58,137 nucleotides of DNA. It comes from Candidatus Eiseniibacteriota bacterium (GTDB lineage: Bacteria; Eisenbacteria; RBG-16-71-46). The translations under genes and the position numbers were made by a program. Under the pieces are notes generated by a model. It searched no databases. It was given only the letters and a program-made list of their open reading frames with translations, and was not told the DNA's origin. Location: NCBI GenBank assembly GCA_031366795.1, contig JANLOX010000124.1, forward strand, positions 1 through 58,137. The letters run 5' to 3'. This document shows positions 39,358-48,401 of the stretch, piece after piece; positions within the stretch are counted from its first letter, which is position 1; each line of letters begins with the position of its first letter.

Positions 39358-39520
39358 GATTCCTCCCTGGAATAGTCTAGGGCACCGGGGTATCCCGGGG
39401 CGGTCAAGGTGTTATCGGCAGGGTGCCGGGGGTTCCTTGCCCCGCAATCCCAAGGCATCGCGTGGGCGCGCCGGCCCGCCCAAAAGGGCCGTCGCAGGCC
39501 GCGCTTCCATAGAGTCAGGA

Positions 39521-40081
39521 CTAGTGATGCGTCTCGCCCTCGGGAGGCGTGTCCCCGGCGGCTTCGCCGTCGTCGTCGTCCTCGTCTTCGGGTTTGGCGC
39601 GATGGCGCGCAAACACCTCTGCCCACTCCTCGAGTTCCTTGCGCGAGATGGTCGAGGGCTTCTCGTTCGGATCCGCCTGACGCACCGGCCCCAGCGCGCT
39701 CGCGAGGAACAGGTCGGCGATGGAGATGTCCGCGCCGGCCTGGCGGGCGTGGCGCGCAACTTCGATGTCGGAGGTCACCACGGTCAGCCGCTCGACGCGG
39801 TCGACCTGGTCTTCGACGATTCGCCTGATCAGGTCGTCCGCCTTCTCGGGAAGCCGCGAATAGCGGATCTCGATGCGTCCGGTGCTGCCGTCGCGATTGC
39901 CGCCTTCGGTGCCGTCGAACACCACGAGGAAGCGCGAGTCGTGGTTGCCGACCGCCCACGCCAGCAGGCTGAGCAGCTTCTCGCGCGACTGCCGCAGCGT
40001 ACGGTCAGGTCCGGGACGCAGTTCGGGAGCGCGGTGGATGACGTTATAGCCGTCGATGACGATCAGGCGTGCTTCGGACAT
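39521..40081 (-). CDS. NYN/PIN-like domain protein (YacP/Rae1-like)
   Basis: Start at MSEARLIVIDGYNVIH. VVFDG...VVTSD pattern, with an acidic C-terminal tail. Confidence 0.7.
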   Translation of the reverse strand: MSEARLIVIDGYNVIHRAPELRPGPDRTLRQSREKLLSLLAWAVGNHDSRFLVVFDGTEGGNRDGSTGRIEIRYSRLPEKADDLIRRIVEDQVDRVERLTVVTSDIEVARHARQAGADISIADLFLASALGPVRQADPNEKPSTISRKELEEWAEVFARHRAKPEDEDDDDGEAAGDTPPEGETHH

Positions 40082-40262
40082 GGGGCCTCTCAGTCGGGGG
40101 AGCGCCGGGTGCCGGCAGGTCAACCCGCGACGCACAACTGTATCGCGTTGGCCCCAAAACTCCGAGGCGCGGACCGGGAGACCGATCCGCGCCCCGGGGC
40201 GCTGCCGATGGCTGTCGGCGACGCCGGGCCGTTGCCCCGCCGCGCCGGATGACCGCGCCGCG

Positions 40263-41504
40263 CTAGGGCGTGCCGCCCGTCACGGTATGCAAGACGGTGC
40301 CGTTCTCGCCGACCGCCCAGCCGCGCAACCCATCGATGAAATGGACGCCGGTCAGTAGCGCCGCAGGAGAGGTGGCCTGCGAATTCCAGGTGACGCCGCC
40401 ATCCGTAGTGACCAGCACGAGACTCGTGCCATTGCGGCCGACCGCCCAGCCGTGTAGTGCGTCGGTGAACGCTACCGCGCGCAGGTCGTTCAGGGCACCC
40501 GCATTGCGAATTTCCCATGCGACCGAGTCGGGCGTCACGGTGGTGCGCGGTGTCGCGCCACTTGTGCCGACGGCGTGCGTGCTCGCGATGGAGCTGCGCG
40601 CGACGCCGTACAGCGTCAGCGAGGTGACCGACGGTTGCACCACGAACCACGTCAGGCCGCGATCGTGCGTGCCGACGATGGTGCCGTTGTCGCCGACCGT
40701 CCAGCCGTCACGCGTGCCGGCGAACGACACGCTACGCAGTGTGACCGCGGTGATGCCCGGCATCAGGCGCGTCCACGTCGCACCGTGATTGACGGTGCGT
40801 AGAATGGTGCCGTTGGCGCCTACCGCCCAGCCCGTGTCGGGCGTGGCGAAGGTGATGCCATTGAGGTTGTCTGTCGTGCCGCTGGCAACCACAGCCCACA
40901 CCGCCCCCTGGTTGGTGGTGTGCAAGATGCGTCCTCCTCCACCCGTCACCCAGCCTTCGGTGCTGCTGGTGAACCACACGGAGGTGAGCGTATTGCTCAC
41001 GCTGCTCGGCTGCGTGACCCACGATGTGCCCGCATTGGACGTGGCGACGATTTTGCCCGCCGCACCCACTGCCCAACCATGATTGCCGTCCGCGGTGAAG
41101 AACACGCTGCTCAAGTCTTCCAGCACACTGCTCGGCTGCGTGAACCAGCCGCGCTGCGTCGGCAGCACCAACAGGTTGGCCGCCGCCGTCTTGCCGCCCG
41201 AACTGACACTGAGTGTCGCGCTGCCTTCGCCGACGGCGGTAACCGCACCCGTATTGGAGACTTGGAACACGGCGGAGTTGCTGCTGCTCCAGGTGAGCAC
41301 CGGGTTCGCGACGACCACGCTGTGCGTATCGACGGCGACGACTGTGAACGAGGCGCCGCCGCCCACGAGCAATGTGTCGGCGCCGGGCAGCAGCGTGAGC
41401 GATGACAGCGGGACCGACGGAATCGGGGCCACCGAACTACCAGCGCTACAACCTGCCACGACAGCCAGGAACCCTGCGGTTGCGAGCAGACGGCGAACGC
41501 TCAT
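40263..41504 (-). CDS. lipoprotein with Big_2-like Ig domain and Ycf48/BNR-like beta-propeller
   Basis: Lipobox VAGC. Ig-like segment (VLTWSSSNSAVFQVSNTGAVTAVGEGSATL), then repeated GWAVG..G.I..T.D.G.TW blades. Confidence 0.75.
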   Translation of the reverse strand: MSVRRLLATAGFLAVVAGCSAGSSVAPIPSVPLSSLTLLPGADTLLVGGGASFTVVAVDTHSVVVANPVLTWSSSNSAVFQVSNTGAVTAVGEGSATLSVSSGGKTAAANLLVLPTQRGWFTQPSSVLEDLSSVFFTADGNHGWAVGAAGKIVATSNAGTSWVTQPSSVSNTLTSVWFTSSTEGWVTGGGGRILHTTNQGAVWAVVASGTTDNLNGITFATPDTGWAVGANGTILRTVNHGATWTRLMPGITAVTLRSVSFAGTRDGWTVGDNGTIVGTHDRGLTWFVVQPSVTSLTLYGVARSSIASTHAVGTSGATPRTTVTPDSVAWEIRNAGALNDLRAVAFTDALHGWAVGRNGTSLVLVTTDGGVTWNSQATSPAALLTGVHFIDGLRGWAVGENGTVLHTVTGGTP

Positions 41505-41801
41505 GAACGGGCCTTCCACGGGGACTAAGGAGTCGATTGGGCGAACAGCGGCCGTTCCCGGGGTCCGCCTCGCCGGGGCGAACCCTGTTCGCCGGACCTC
41601 AAAAGGAGGACCGGGAGGCATGAGCCCGCCCAACACCGTGTTTTCGGCACTTTGAGGGCGGGGCTTGAGTGCCGCAAGGGGTTTCCCTACTGTCCGCGCG
41701 AACGTCCGGCCCGTGGCGGACCGCGCCCAGCGCACCGCATCACGCAGCGCCCCTGCGCTTAAGGGGCGGGTGGCTGGCATGCAATTTCCCCGGGGATCTT
41801 C

Positions 41802-42749
41802 ATGCTCCAGGTTCGAGATGTCGTCAAAAGCTACGACGGACGCGTGGTTGTCAACAAGGTGGCGTTTGAGGTCCAGGCCGGCGAGATCTTCGCCCTGCTG
41901 GGCCCCAACGGCGCCGGCAAGACCACGCTGATTCGCATGATCACCGACATCCTGCGCCCCGATTCGGGCGACATTCTCTGGGACGGCCGCCCGGCGCGGG
42001 AACGCGGCGCCCAGCACGTGGCCTACCTGCCCGAGGAACGCGGGCTGTACCGCCGCACCCCGGTGATCGACACCATCGCCTATTATGGCGAGTTGAAGGG
42101 CATGAGCAGCGCGGATTCACGCGCCGAAGCCACGCAGTTGCTGAAGCGCGTCGAGCTTTCGGAATGGGGCGACAAGCAGGTACAGGCGCTGTCGAAGGGC
42201 ATGCAGCAAAAGGTCCAACTGTGCACCGTGCTGATCGGCGGGCCGAAGCTGTTGATCCTCGACGAGCCTTTCAGCGGTCTCGACCCGCTCAACGTTCTGT
42301 TGCTCGAGGAGATCCTGCACGAGGTTCGCGCCGCCGGCGCCACCGTGCTGTTGTCGACGCACCAGATGAACAAGGTCGAGCAGTTGTGCGACCGCGCCCT
42401 GATGATCAATCACGGCCACATGGTGTTGTACGGAGCCGTGAAGGAGCTGCGGCGCCAGCATGCGGACCACGCGGTCCTCCTGCGCGCCGCGTCCGCGCCG
42501 CCGCGCGTGGCCGGCGTGACCGCGATCGCGGCGCACGACGATGGCTACAAACTGGCCCTGGAGCCGATGGCGACCCCGACCTCAGTGTTACGGGAATTGC
42601 TGGCCGCGGGAGTCGAACCGGAGTCTTACAGCGTGGCGACCTTGCCGCTCGAGGACGTGTTCGTGAAGGTCGTCCGCGAAGGGCTCGGGCTCGATCACGG
42701 CAAGAGCGACACCGCCGCCGCGGCGCTCGCCACGGGAGGCGCACGATGA
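41802..42749 (+). CDS. ABC transporter ATP-binding protein (ABC-2/NatA-like)
   Basis: Walker A GPNGAGKTT, signature LSKGMQQK and Walker B LLILDEPFSGLD. Confidence 0.9.
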   Translation: MLQVRDVVKSYDGRVVVNKVAFEVQAGEIFALLGPNGAGKTTLIRMITDILRPDSGDILWDGRPARERGAQHVAYLPEERGLYRRTPVIDTIAYYGELKGMSSADSRAEATQLLKRVELSEWGDKQVQALSKGMQQKVQLCTVLIGGPKLLILDEPFSGLDPLNVLLLEEILHEVRAAGATVLLSTHQMNKVEQLCDRALMINHGHMVLYGAVKELRRQHADHAVLLRAASAPPRVAGVTAIAAHDDGYKLALEPMATPTSVLRELLAAGVEPESYSVATLPLEDVFVKVVREGLGLDHGKSDTAAAALATGGAR

Positions 42750-44047
42750 GCCTGTCCATGCAGCGCATCAAGACCGTCGCGCGACGCGACTATCTCTACA
42801 CGGTGCGGCGCCGGGCGTTCGCCTTCACCTTGATCGGCATGCCGTTGCTGTACGCGGTGCTGTTCACGCTCGTGCTCAAGCCCCAGGCCTCCGAACGGCT
42901 GGGCGCCCTGCGCGCCTTCGACGCACTGGGGGTGGTCGATTCCTCGGGGCTGTTCAGTGCTGCGCCGAGCGAAGTCTGGATCGAGGCGTCCCCCACCAAT
43001 CCATTCGCGAAAAAGGATGGCAAGAAGAAGACCGAGCGCTTTCACACGACGGTGCGGCAGTTCAGTGGCGAGGCCGCGGGCCAGGCGGCGCTGCGCGACA
43101 GCACGGTGCACCAATTGATCGTGGTGCCCAAGGACTACGAGCACACCGGGGCGCTGCGGCGCTACGCGCGGACCGACAACCTGTTCACCGCCAGCGACCA
43201 GCGCGTCGTGAGCCGCTGGATCGTGCAGGGGCTCCTGCACCCGATGGATTCCACGCGGGTCGAACTGCTCACGCAACCGCTGGCGCGCGAGGCGCTGTAT
43301 GCGCCCAACCGCGACGGCGTCTTCGAGGAGAAGGACGAGGCGCGCGAGACGCTCGATCTGCTGCTGCCCCTGGCGCTGGGGATGTTGCTGGGGTTGTCGA
43401 TCCTGATCGGCGGTCAGTACCTGCTCCAGGGCATCAGCGAGGAGAAGGAGTCGCGCATCCTCGAATCCATGCTGTGCACCGTCAGCCCCGAGGAATTGCT
43501 GGCGGGCAAGTTGCTCGGGTTGGGTGGCGCCGGCCTGACGCTGGTGGGCGGCTGGATCCTGCTGATGACCGGCGCGATGGGCTCGGTGGCACCGGCGATG
43601 GGGCTGTTGCATGTCTCGCTGCCGCCCATGGTCATCGCCGTCATGATCGCCTACTTCATGCTGGGCTACCTGTTCTACGGCAGTCTTATGATCGGCATCG
43701 GCGCCATGGCGAGCAGCATGCGCGAGGCGCAGCAGTTCTCGATGGCGTTCACGATGATGAACTTCATCCCGTTCTACATGCTGTCGATCCTGCTCGGCCA
43801 CCCGGACTCGAAGCTCGCCGTGGCGATGTCGATGATCCCGTTCACGGCGCCAGTCTCCTCGATGCTTCGGCTCGCGGCCTCCGGGTCGCACGTTCCCGGC
43901 TGGGAGATCGCGCTATCGCTGTCGATCCTGGCCGCTTCGGCGGCGGGGGTGCTGGTGCTGTCCGCCAAGCTGTTCCGCATCGGCATGCTGATGTACGGAA
44001 AGGCGCCAAACCTGCCCGAAATCCTCAGGTGGCTGCGGCAGGCCTAG
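42746..44047 (+). CDS. ABC-2 type permease (NatB-like)
   Basis: ATG 42746 overlaps the ATPase stop (ATGA). One N-terminal TM, a large extracytoplasmic loop and a C-terminal TM bundle. Confidence 0.8.
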   Translation: MSLSMQRIKTVARRDYLYTVRRRAFAFTLIGMPLLYAVLFTLVLKPQASERLGALRAFDALGVVDSSGLFSAAPSEVWIEASPTNPFAKKDGKKKTERFHTTVRQFSGEAAGQAALRDSTVHQLIVVPKDYEHTGALRRYARTDNLFTASDQRVVSRWIVQGLLHPMDSTRVELLTQPLAREALYAPNRDGVFEEKDEARETLDLLLPLALGMLLGLSILIGGQYLLQGISEEKESRILESMLCTVSPEELLAGKLLGLGGAGLTLVGGWILLMTGAMGSVAPAMGLLHVSLPPMVIAVMIAYFMLGYLFYGSLMIGIGAMASSMREAQQFSMAFTMMNFIPFYMLSILLGHPDSKLAVAMSMIPFTAPVSSMLRLAASGSHVPGWEIALSLSILAASAAGVLVLSAKLFRIGMLMYGKAPNLPEILRWLRQA

Positions 44048-44075
44048 TCCGGTCTGCCCGCTGGCATCCCGGGGC

Positions 44076-44759
44076 CTAACGCCTTGCGCCGTAGCTCACG
44101 ACCCAGTTGTAGAGGATCTCGAAGTCCAAGAAGCTCATCGCTCCGAGGTTGTACATGGAGTTCAGGGGTTTTGAGCGTTTGATGCACAGACTGCTGGGGT
44201 CCCCGGCGATGATGTTTGCCCGCGAACCATCGCTGCCCGCACCGAACAACGCGGCGTAGCTGTCGGTGCGGTACTGCCCCCCTGGCTGTGCCGCAGCATG
44301 GCAGCGGTTGCAGTGCGTGGCCATCAGCGGGGCGATGTCCCTGCCGTAGCCGAGCCCTGCGGTAAAAATCGCATTACGGTCGCCGGTCAGGCCGCCCGCG
44401 AGGGAGCGCACGTTGTCCGCGCGGACGGTGTAGAGACTGGAGTCCGAAAGCGGTCCGCCGGACAAGAGCAATTGCACGACTCGCCCGTTGATCGTGTCGA
44501 TCAGTGTGGAACTGAACAGGCTGATGGCGGCTTCCGGGTGGTTGAACGGATACACGCGGTAGTGCGTCAGCGTCTCGGCGCTCGCGCGATCCAGCGGCTC
44601 AGCGAACTCCACGTCGACCGCGAAGTCGCTGGCGGATGCGGCGCGGAGGGTAGGTGGTGGCGCCAGCACGCGCGCCGCGTGGCATCCGGCGACCAACCCC
44701 AAGGCGCCCGTCAGGATCGAGCAGGCCAGCAGGATGCCGGGACGGCGGCGGCAGCTCAC
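44076..44759 (-). CDS. lipoprotein with Ig-like (SbsA/Big_5-like) domain and C-terminal CXXCH cytochrome-c-type (PSCyt1-like) domain
   Basis: GTG 44759 overlaps the upstream stop (GTGA). Lipobox [26 protein letters not shown] Ig-like segment. Heme motif CNRCH (44298-44312), followed by ...GDPSSL...[10 protein letters not shown]. Confidence 0.65.
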   Translation of the reverse strand: MSCRRRPGILLACSILTGALGLVAGCHAARVLAPPPTLRAASASDFAVDVEFAEPLDRASAETLTHYRVYPFNHPEAAISLFSSTLIDTINGRVVQLLLSGGPLSDSSLYTVRADNVRSLAGGLTGDRNAIFTAGLGYGRDIAPLMATHCNRCHAAAQPGGQYRTDSYAALFGAGSDGSRANIIAGDPSSLCIKRSKPLNSMYNLGAMSFLDFEILYNWVVSYGARR

Positions 44760-45904
44760 TGTTCCTCGTCCGCGGCCGCACCGCGACCGCCTCGCCACAC
44801 GTCACCCGTCCACTCGATTGCCAACCCCGCGAGGTAATCACGATAGCTGCCTGAATCTCCGGTCGTGCTCGTCGAGGACGAGGCGCCGAGGCGGGCGTGA
44901 TTGAATTCGGTGCGGCCACTCGCCACCGCCGACCAGTGGTGGCCGACGCCGAGCCGCACGTCCAGCTCGCCGGCGTTCAGCACGTCCTTGCGGCCGAAGT
45001 GGAAGCGATCCGTTGCGCGATCTGAAGTGAATGCGCGCGTTTCGAACTCGTAGCGAGCGGACGTGGCGAGCCGCCACCGGCGGCCCCGCGCCAGTTCGGC
45101 GCCGCCTTCCAGGTGGGAGACCAGGCCGTGATAGCTCACGTCGGACAACGGAGTCACGTTGCCCGTGGCGACATCAACAAAGCTTCCTGCCTGCGCGCGG
45201 CTCACGCGATAGCCTGCCCCCAGATTCACACTTCCGCGACGGGGCAAGTGACCGAGCGTGAGCTGTCCCTGCCCCTGGTGCGTTGCGGATGAACGCTCCT
45301 CGAATTCAGGGTTGTAGCCGCGGGCTTCGTAGCGATACTCGGCGTTGCCGGTGAGGTTGCGGCGGAGCCGCTGCGTCCACCCGAGTGTCGTGATCTGCAA
45401 CTTGAATTCCGCGCGCCGGTACTTCGACAAGCCGCGGAACGCGACCACGGCGTTCGGGTCGAACAATTGCCGGAGATAGTAGCGTGGCAGGAGATAATAG
45501 GTGGCCGCGAACCGCCGGCCCTCACCAAAGCCCTCTCGCCAGCCGATGCTCATGGCGTGGGCATCGGCCGTGCCATTCTTGGAATGAAAGTTGCCCTCCG
45601 CGTGGAGCCGGAGGGCGCGCCTGCGGCCCCCGGGCCGCCGTTGCTCGAGGTTGAGCGTGGCGTATGGGTTGGCGATGAAGTCGTCCCGCGTGCGAATCGA
45701 AAACTCGTCCGGCCGCGTACCCGCCTCGAACAGACGAAGTTGGTCGTCGGAGTACTGCAGGAGATTATTGTCGTAATTTCCGGCGATTCCAACGGACATC
45801 TCCAGATGCGGGCCAGCGGCAGGCGCTGCGGACACGGGACCGACGAGCGCGACCGCGGCGAGCGCCAACCCGGCGAGATGGACACTTCCGCGTGAAGGGG
45901 TCAA
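44756..45904 (-). CDS. putative outer-membrane beta-barrel protein
   Basis: TTG 45904 lies 8 nt after GGAGG. Signal peptide LAGLALAAVALVGPVSA. Strand-like alternation with YDNNLL, YRYEARGY and RYEFETRAF segments. Confidence 0.6.
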   Translation of the reverse strand: MTPSRGSVHLAGLALAAVALVGPVSAAPAAGPHLEMSVGIAGNYDNNLLQYSDDQLRLFEAGTRPDEFSIRTRDDFIANPYATLNLEQRRPGGRRRALRLHAEGNFHSKNGTADAHAMSIGWREGFGEGRRFAATYYLLPRYYLRQLFDPNAVVAFRGLSKYRRAEFKLQITTLGWTQRLRRNLTGNAEYRYEARGYNPEFEERSSATHQGQGQLTLGHLPRRGSVNLGAGYRVSRAQAGSFVDVATGNVTPLSDVSYHGLVSHLEGGAELARGRRWRLATSARYEFETRAFTSDRATDRFHFGRKDVLNAGELDVRLGVGHHWSAVASGRTEFNHARLGASSSTSTTGDSGSYRDYLAGLAIEWTGDVWRGGRGAAADEEQ

Positions 45905-45910
45905 TTTCGG

Positions 45911-46834
45911 TTATTCCTCCCCGCCAATCATCGGTTGCGGTATCGCGGCATGTATTTCGGCGGCACCCCGCAGGGGCCGCAGCAAATCGACCAGGATTTC
46001 GTGGGCGCCCGCCGGGATCTCGACTCGTCCGCGATCAAACTTCGAAGGTGTGCGATCGGGAAGATTCGAGTACGTGGCGGCGATCGCCTTGGTCGTCTTG
46101 AAATCGAAGTCGCGAATTGTTCGCGTGCCCTCGCGCACGCGAATGGCGTAGTGCTGCTCGCCGCGCATGCTGGCGTCGAAATCGAGGCGGCTCGTCAGGT
46201 CGAGCACCACGGGCCCTACCACATGGTACCGCACCGGCTTGCCGGGCATCGCCGTGTAGTAGGCGATGGACTTCTCGCCTTCGACCACGTTCACACTGCG
46301 CGGTGCGTCGACCGGCGTGAGTGTCACCATCGGAACCTTGGCATTCGCGGCGCCGGCGGTTCCGGTTTGTAACCGCAGCAGCACGGACTCTACGCCCTGA
46401 AGATCGAGCGTGATGGAGTGGCGGCCGTTGGGGATGTCGATGCTCCATCTGCGACTCTTGCCCACGGCGCCGCGCAGGTCCTTGATGTGAACGCGATCGG
46501 CTGCCGAGGTCTCGGTGTCTTCACGGTCCAGCACCTTGCCGTTCTCGGTCGCGCGCAAGTGATAGCTGACGACCTTTGAGGATCCCGCCGGCAGCTCAGC
46601 GCGCGACACCACGCGGAGCACTGCGGGGCCATCGACAGGGATCACCAAGGGGGACTTGGGAGTGATGCGAAAGTAGACGCGCGGGTTGTCGTTCACGAGC
46701 ACGGTCACGCCGGGATGGCCCGGCAACGATTCGACCGATTCCCAGTGTGTCGCCGCGAAGGATGGTGTGGCGGCCATCGTGATTCCCACGAGAATCGCGG
46801 TAAGAACGGACGTATTCCGGAGCGAAGGGTTCAT
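45911..46834 (-). CDS. secreted hypothetical protein (beta-rich)
   Basis: ATG 46834 overlaps the upstream stop (ATGA). Signal peptide MNPSLRNTSVLTAILVGITMAATPSFA. Confidence 0.65.
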   Translation of the reverse strand: MNPSLRNTSVLTAILVGITMAATPSFAATHWESVESLPGHPGVTVLVNDNPRVYFRITPKSPLVIPVDGPAVLRVVSRAELPAGSSKVVSYHLRATENGKVLDREDTETSAADRVHIKDLRGAVGKSRRWSIDIPNGRHSITLDLQGVESVLLRLQTGTAGAANAKVPMVTLTPVDAPRSVNVVEGEKSIAYYTAMPGKPVRYHVVGPVVLDLTSRLDFDASMRGEQHYAIRVREGTRTIRDFDFKTTKAIAATYSNLPDRTPSKFDRGRVEIPAGAHEILVDLLRPLRGAAEIHAAIPQPMIGGEE

Positions 46835-47952
46835 GCGGATGGCATTCTTTCAGGGTGGGGACGTCCCAGCAATCGCTGGCGGAGATCCAGCCGCAGGACG
46901 AACAGGTTGAACAGGAGCACGAGCATCGCGGCGGCGCCAACGATCCACAGGTTGTAGCGATAGCGAATGAACAACAGGCCCTTGCCCACTGGCGTCGGGG
47001 TCGTGGTGCCGTCGCCCATGTCGAATTCGCGGGCGAGTTTGTTGACCTGGAGGAGGTGGATCACGGGGATCCGCCGCTCCGCCATGACATTGATGACGCC
47101 GCGGTTCGGGTAGTTCCGCGCGGCGAGACGATGGGTCAGACCGGCGGGGATCAGGCGGCCATTCTGGGCGCCGCCCAGGCTCGCAAGCCCGCCGCCGACG
47201 TTGATGTAGAGCTTGATGGGTTTGCCGAGAGAGTTTGCCACCGAGTCGTACAACGCCACGCGCTCGCGCACTGCTTCCAACAGGTTGGTCGCATCGAGAT
47301 AGCGGACGTGATTGCGTTCGATCGCATCGAGGATCAACTGGCGGCCAGAGGGTGAAAGCCCGCGTCCGACGTCCCCGCCGCCGCCGAGCGATGCGGCGAG
47401 TGAGTGAAAGGGTGTGATCGAATGCTCGGACAGCACGGTTTCCATGTCGAGCCAGGTCAACTCCGGATCGTTCGCCCCGAACATCGAAGCGCCCACCGAC
47501 GTGATCACGACCGGCCGCGCTCCAATGGCCTGGCATGCCGAATACACCGCGAGGTTGAGCCCGGGCAGCGAGCCGGTGACGCCAACAGCGACGACGTCGC
47601 CTGCGTGCACGCCTGCTTGCAGAATGAGTTGTGTGATCCCCGCGGCGAAATTCGGGTGTGCCGCCAGCATCTTGGCGCGCTGGGATCCGCGGTCCGTTGT
47701 GATCAATGAGAATTGAGGCCCGATGACCCCGTAGCCATAGGGGTCGTTGCGGGAGTCTACATCGACGCCGCGTTCGTGCTTGGCCGCGGCGATCGCGCGT
47801 TCGCCGCGCTCCATGATCTGCACGGCCTTCAGCTTCATGCGATAGGCCTCTGCGTGCACTGGGGTGACGGATTTCTCAGCAAAGGCATAGACGACGATGG
47901 CAAAACAGGCCAGACCGGCAAGGGCCGCCGTGGAAGCGCGCGAGAGGCTCAT
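46831..47952 (-). CDS. PGA-locus membrane protein, not CapA/PgsA-like (resembles the 'poly-gamma-glutamate system protein' family as I recall it)
   Basis: ATG 47952 overlaps the pgsC stop (ATGA). N-terminal TM (AALAGLACFAIVVYAF) and C-terminal TM (LWIVGAAAMLVLLFNLFVL). I saw no metallophosphatase/CapA motifs. Confidence 0.65.
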   Translation of the reverse strand: MSLSRASTAALAGLACFAIVVYAFAEKSVTPVHAEAYRMKLKAVQIMERGERAIAAAKHERGVDVDSRNDPYGYGVIGPQFSLITTDRGSQRAKMLAAHPNFAAGITQLILQAGVHAGDVVAVGVTGSLPGLNLAVYSACQAIGARPVVITSVGASMFGANDPELTWLDMETVLSEHSITPFHSLAASLGGGGDVGRGLSPSGRQLILDAIERNHVRYLDATNLLEAVRERVALYDSVANSLGKPIKLYINVGGGLASLGGAQNGRLIPAGLTHRLAARNYPNRGVINVMAERRIPVIHLLQVNKLAREFDMGDGTTTPTPVGKGLLFIRYRYNLWIVGAAAMLVLLFNLFVLRLDLRQRLLGRPHPERMPSA

Positions 47953-48401
47953 CGGATCAAGACTCCACCGTTGAGCAGCATGAGCAGCAAGCGGACGAGC
48001 ACCGCCGTCGTGGTCATCACGCACAACGTCTGCACGACGCCTTGGCGCTCCATCCAATTGGCGATCAGCCCGGGGATCACGTAGCCGATCGTGCTCAGGT
48101 CCAGCGGCGCGTCGTGCAACTGCAACACCAGCAGGTCGCGTGAAGCCGCGCCGAACACGAACCCAACGAGCACCGAGACGACGATGCGACGGCGGCCGTA
48201 GATCAACATATAGCGCGACATGAGCTTGAGCGTGCCGAAGGTCAACAATGCCGCGACGATCGTGCCCAGAATGCGGAACGGCTCGTGGATCATCAGAGCG
48301 AGGTACCCGGGCACCACCATGCCACCTGCTGCGAGCCCCAGCGTTTCGGAGAAGATGAGGCTGGTGACCAGACCGAGACCGATGGCCTCTTCAATCATCA
48401 T
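47949..48401 (-). CDS. pgsC: poly-gamma-glutamate biosynthesis membrane protein PgsC/CapC
   Basis: 150 aa, four TM segments. GMVVPGYLAL, YGRRR and VIPGLIANWMERQG match CapC segments (VVPGYLAL, YGRRK, VPGLIAN..QRQG). Confidence 0.9.
   Translation of the reverse strand: MMIEEAIGLGLVTSLIFSETLGLAAGGMVVPGYLALMIHEPFRILGTIVAALLTFGTLKLMSRYMLIYGRRRIVVSVLVGFVFGAASRDLLVLQLHDAPLDLSTIGYVIPGLIANWMERQGVVQTLCVMTTTAVLVRLLLMLLNGGVLIR

Noticed and set aside
37957-39375. 472-aa plus-strand ORF
   Set aside because: It is exactly antisense to the well-supported sthA gene. The composition is Arg/Ala/His/Gly-rich and typical of shadow ORFs in GC-rich DNA, with no motifs.
42695-43891. 398-aa minus-strand ORF
   Set aside because: It is antisense to the ABC-2 permease, whose TM pattern and ATGA coupling to the ATPase gene are convincing.
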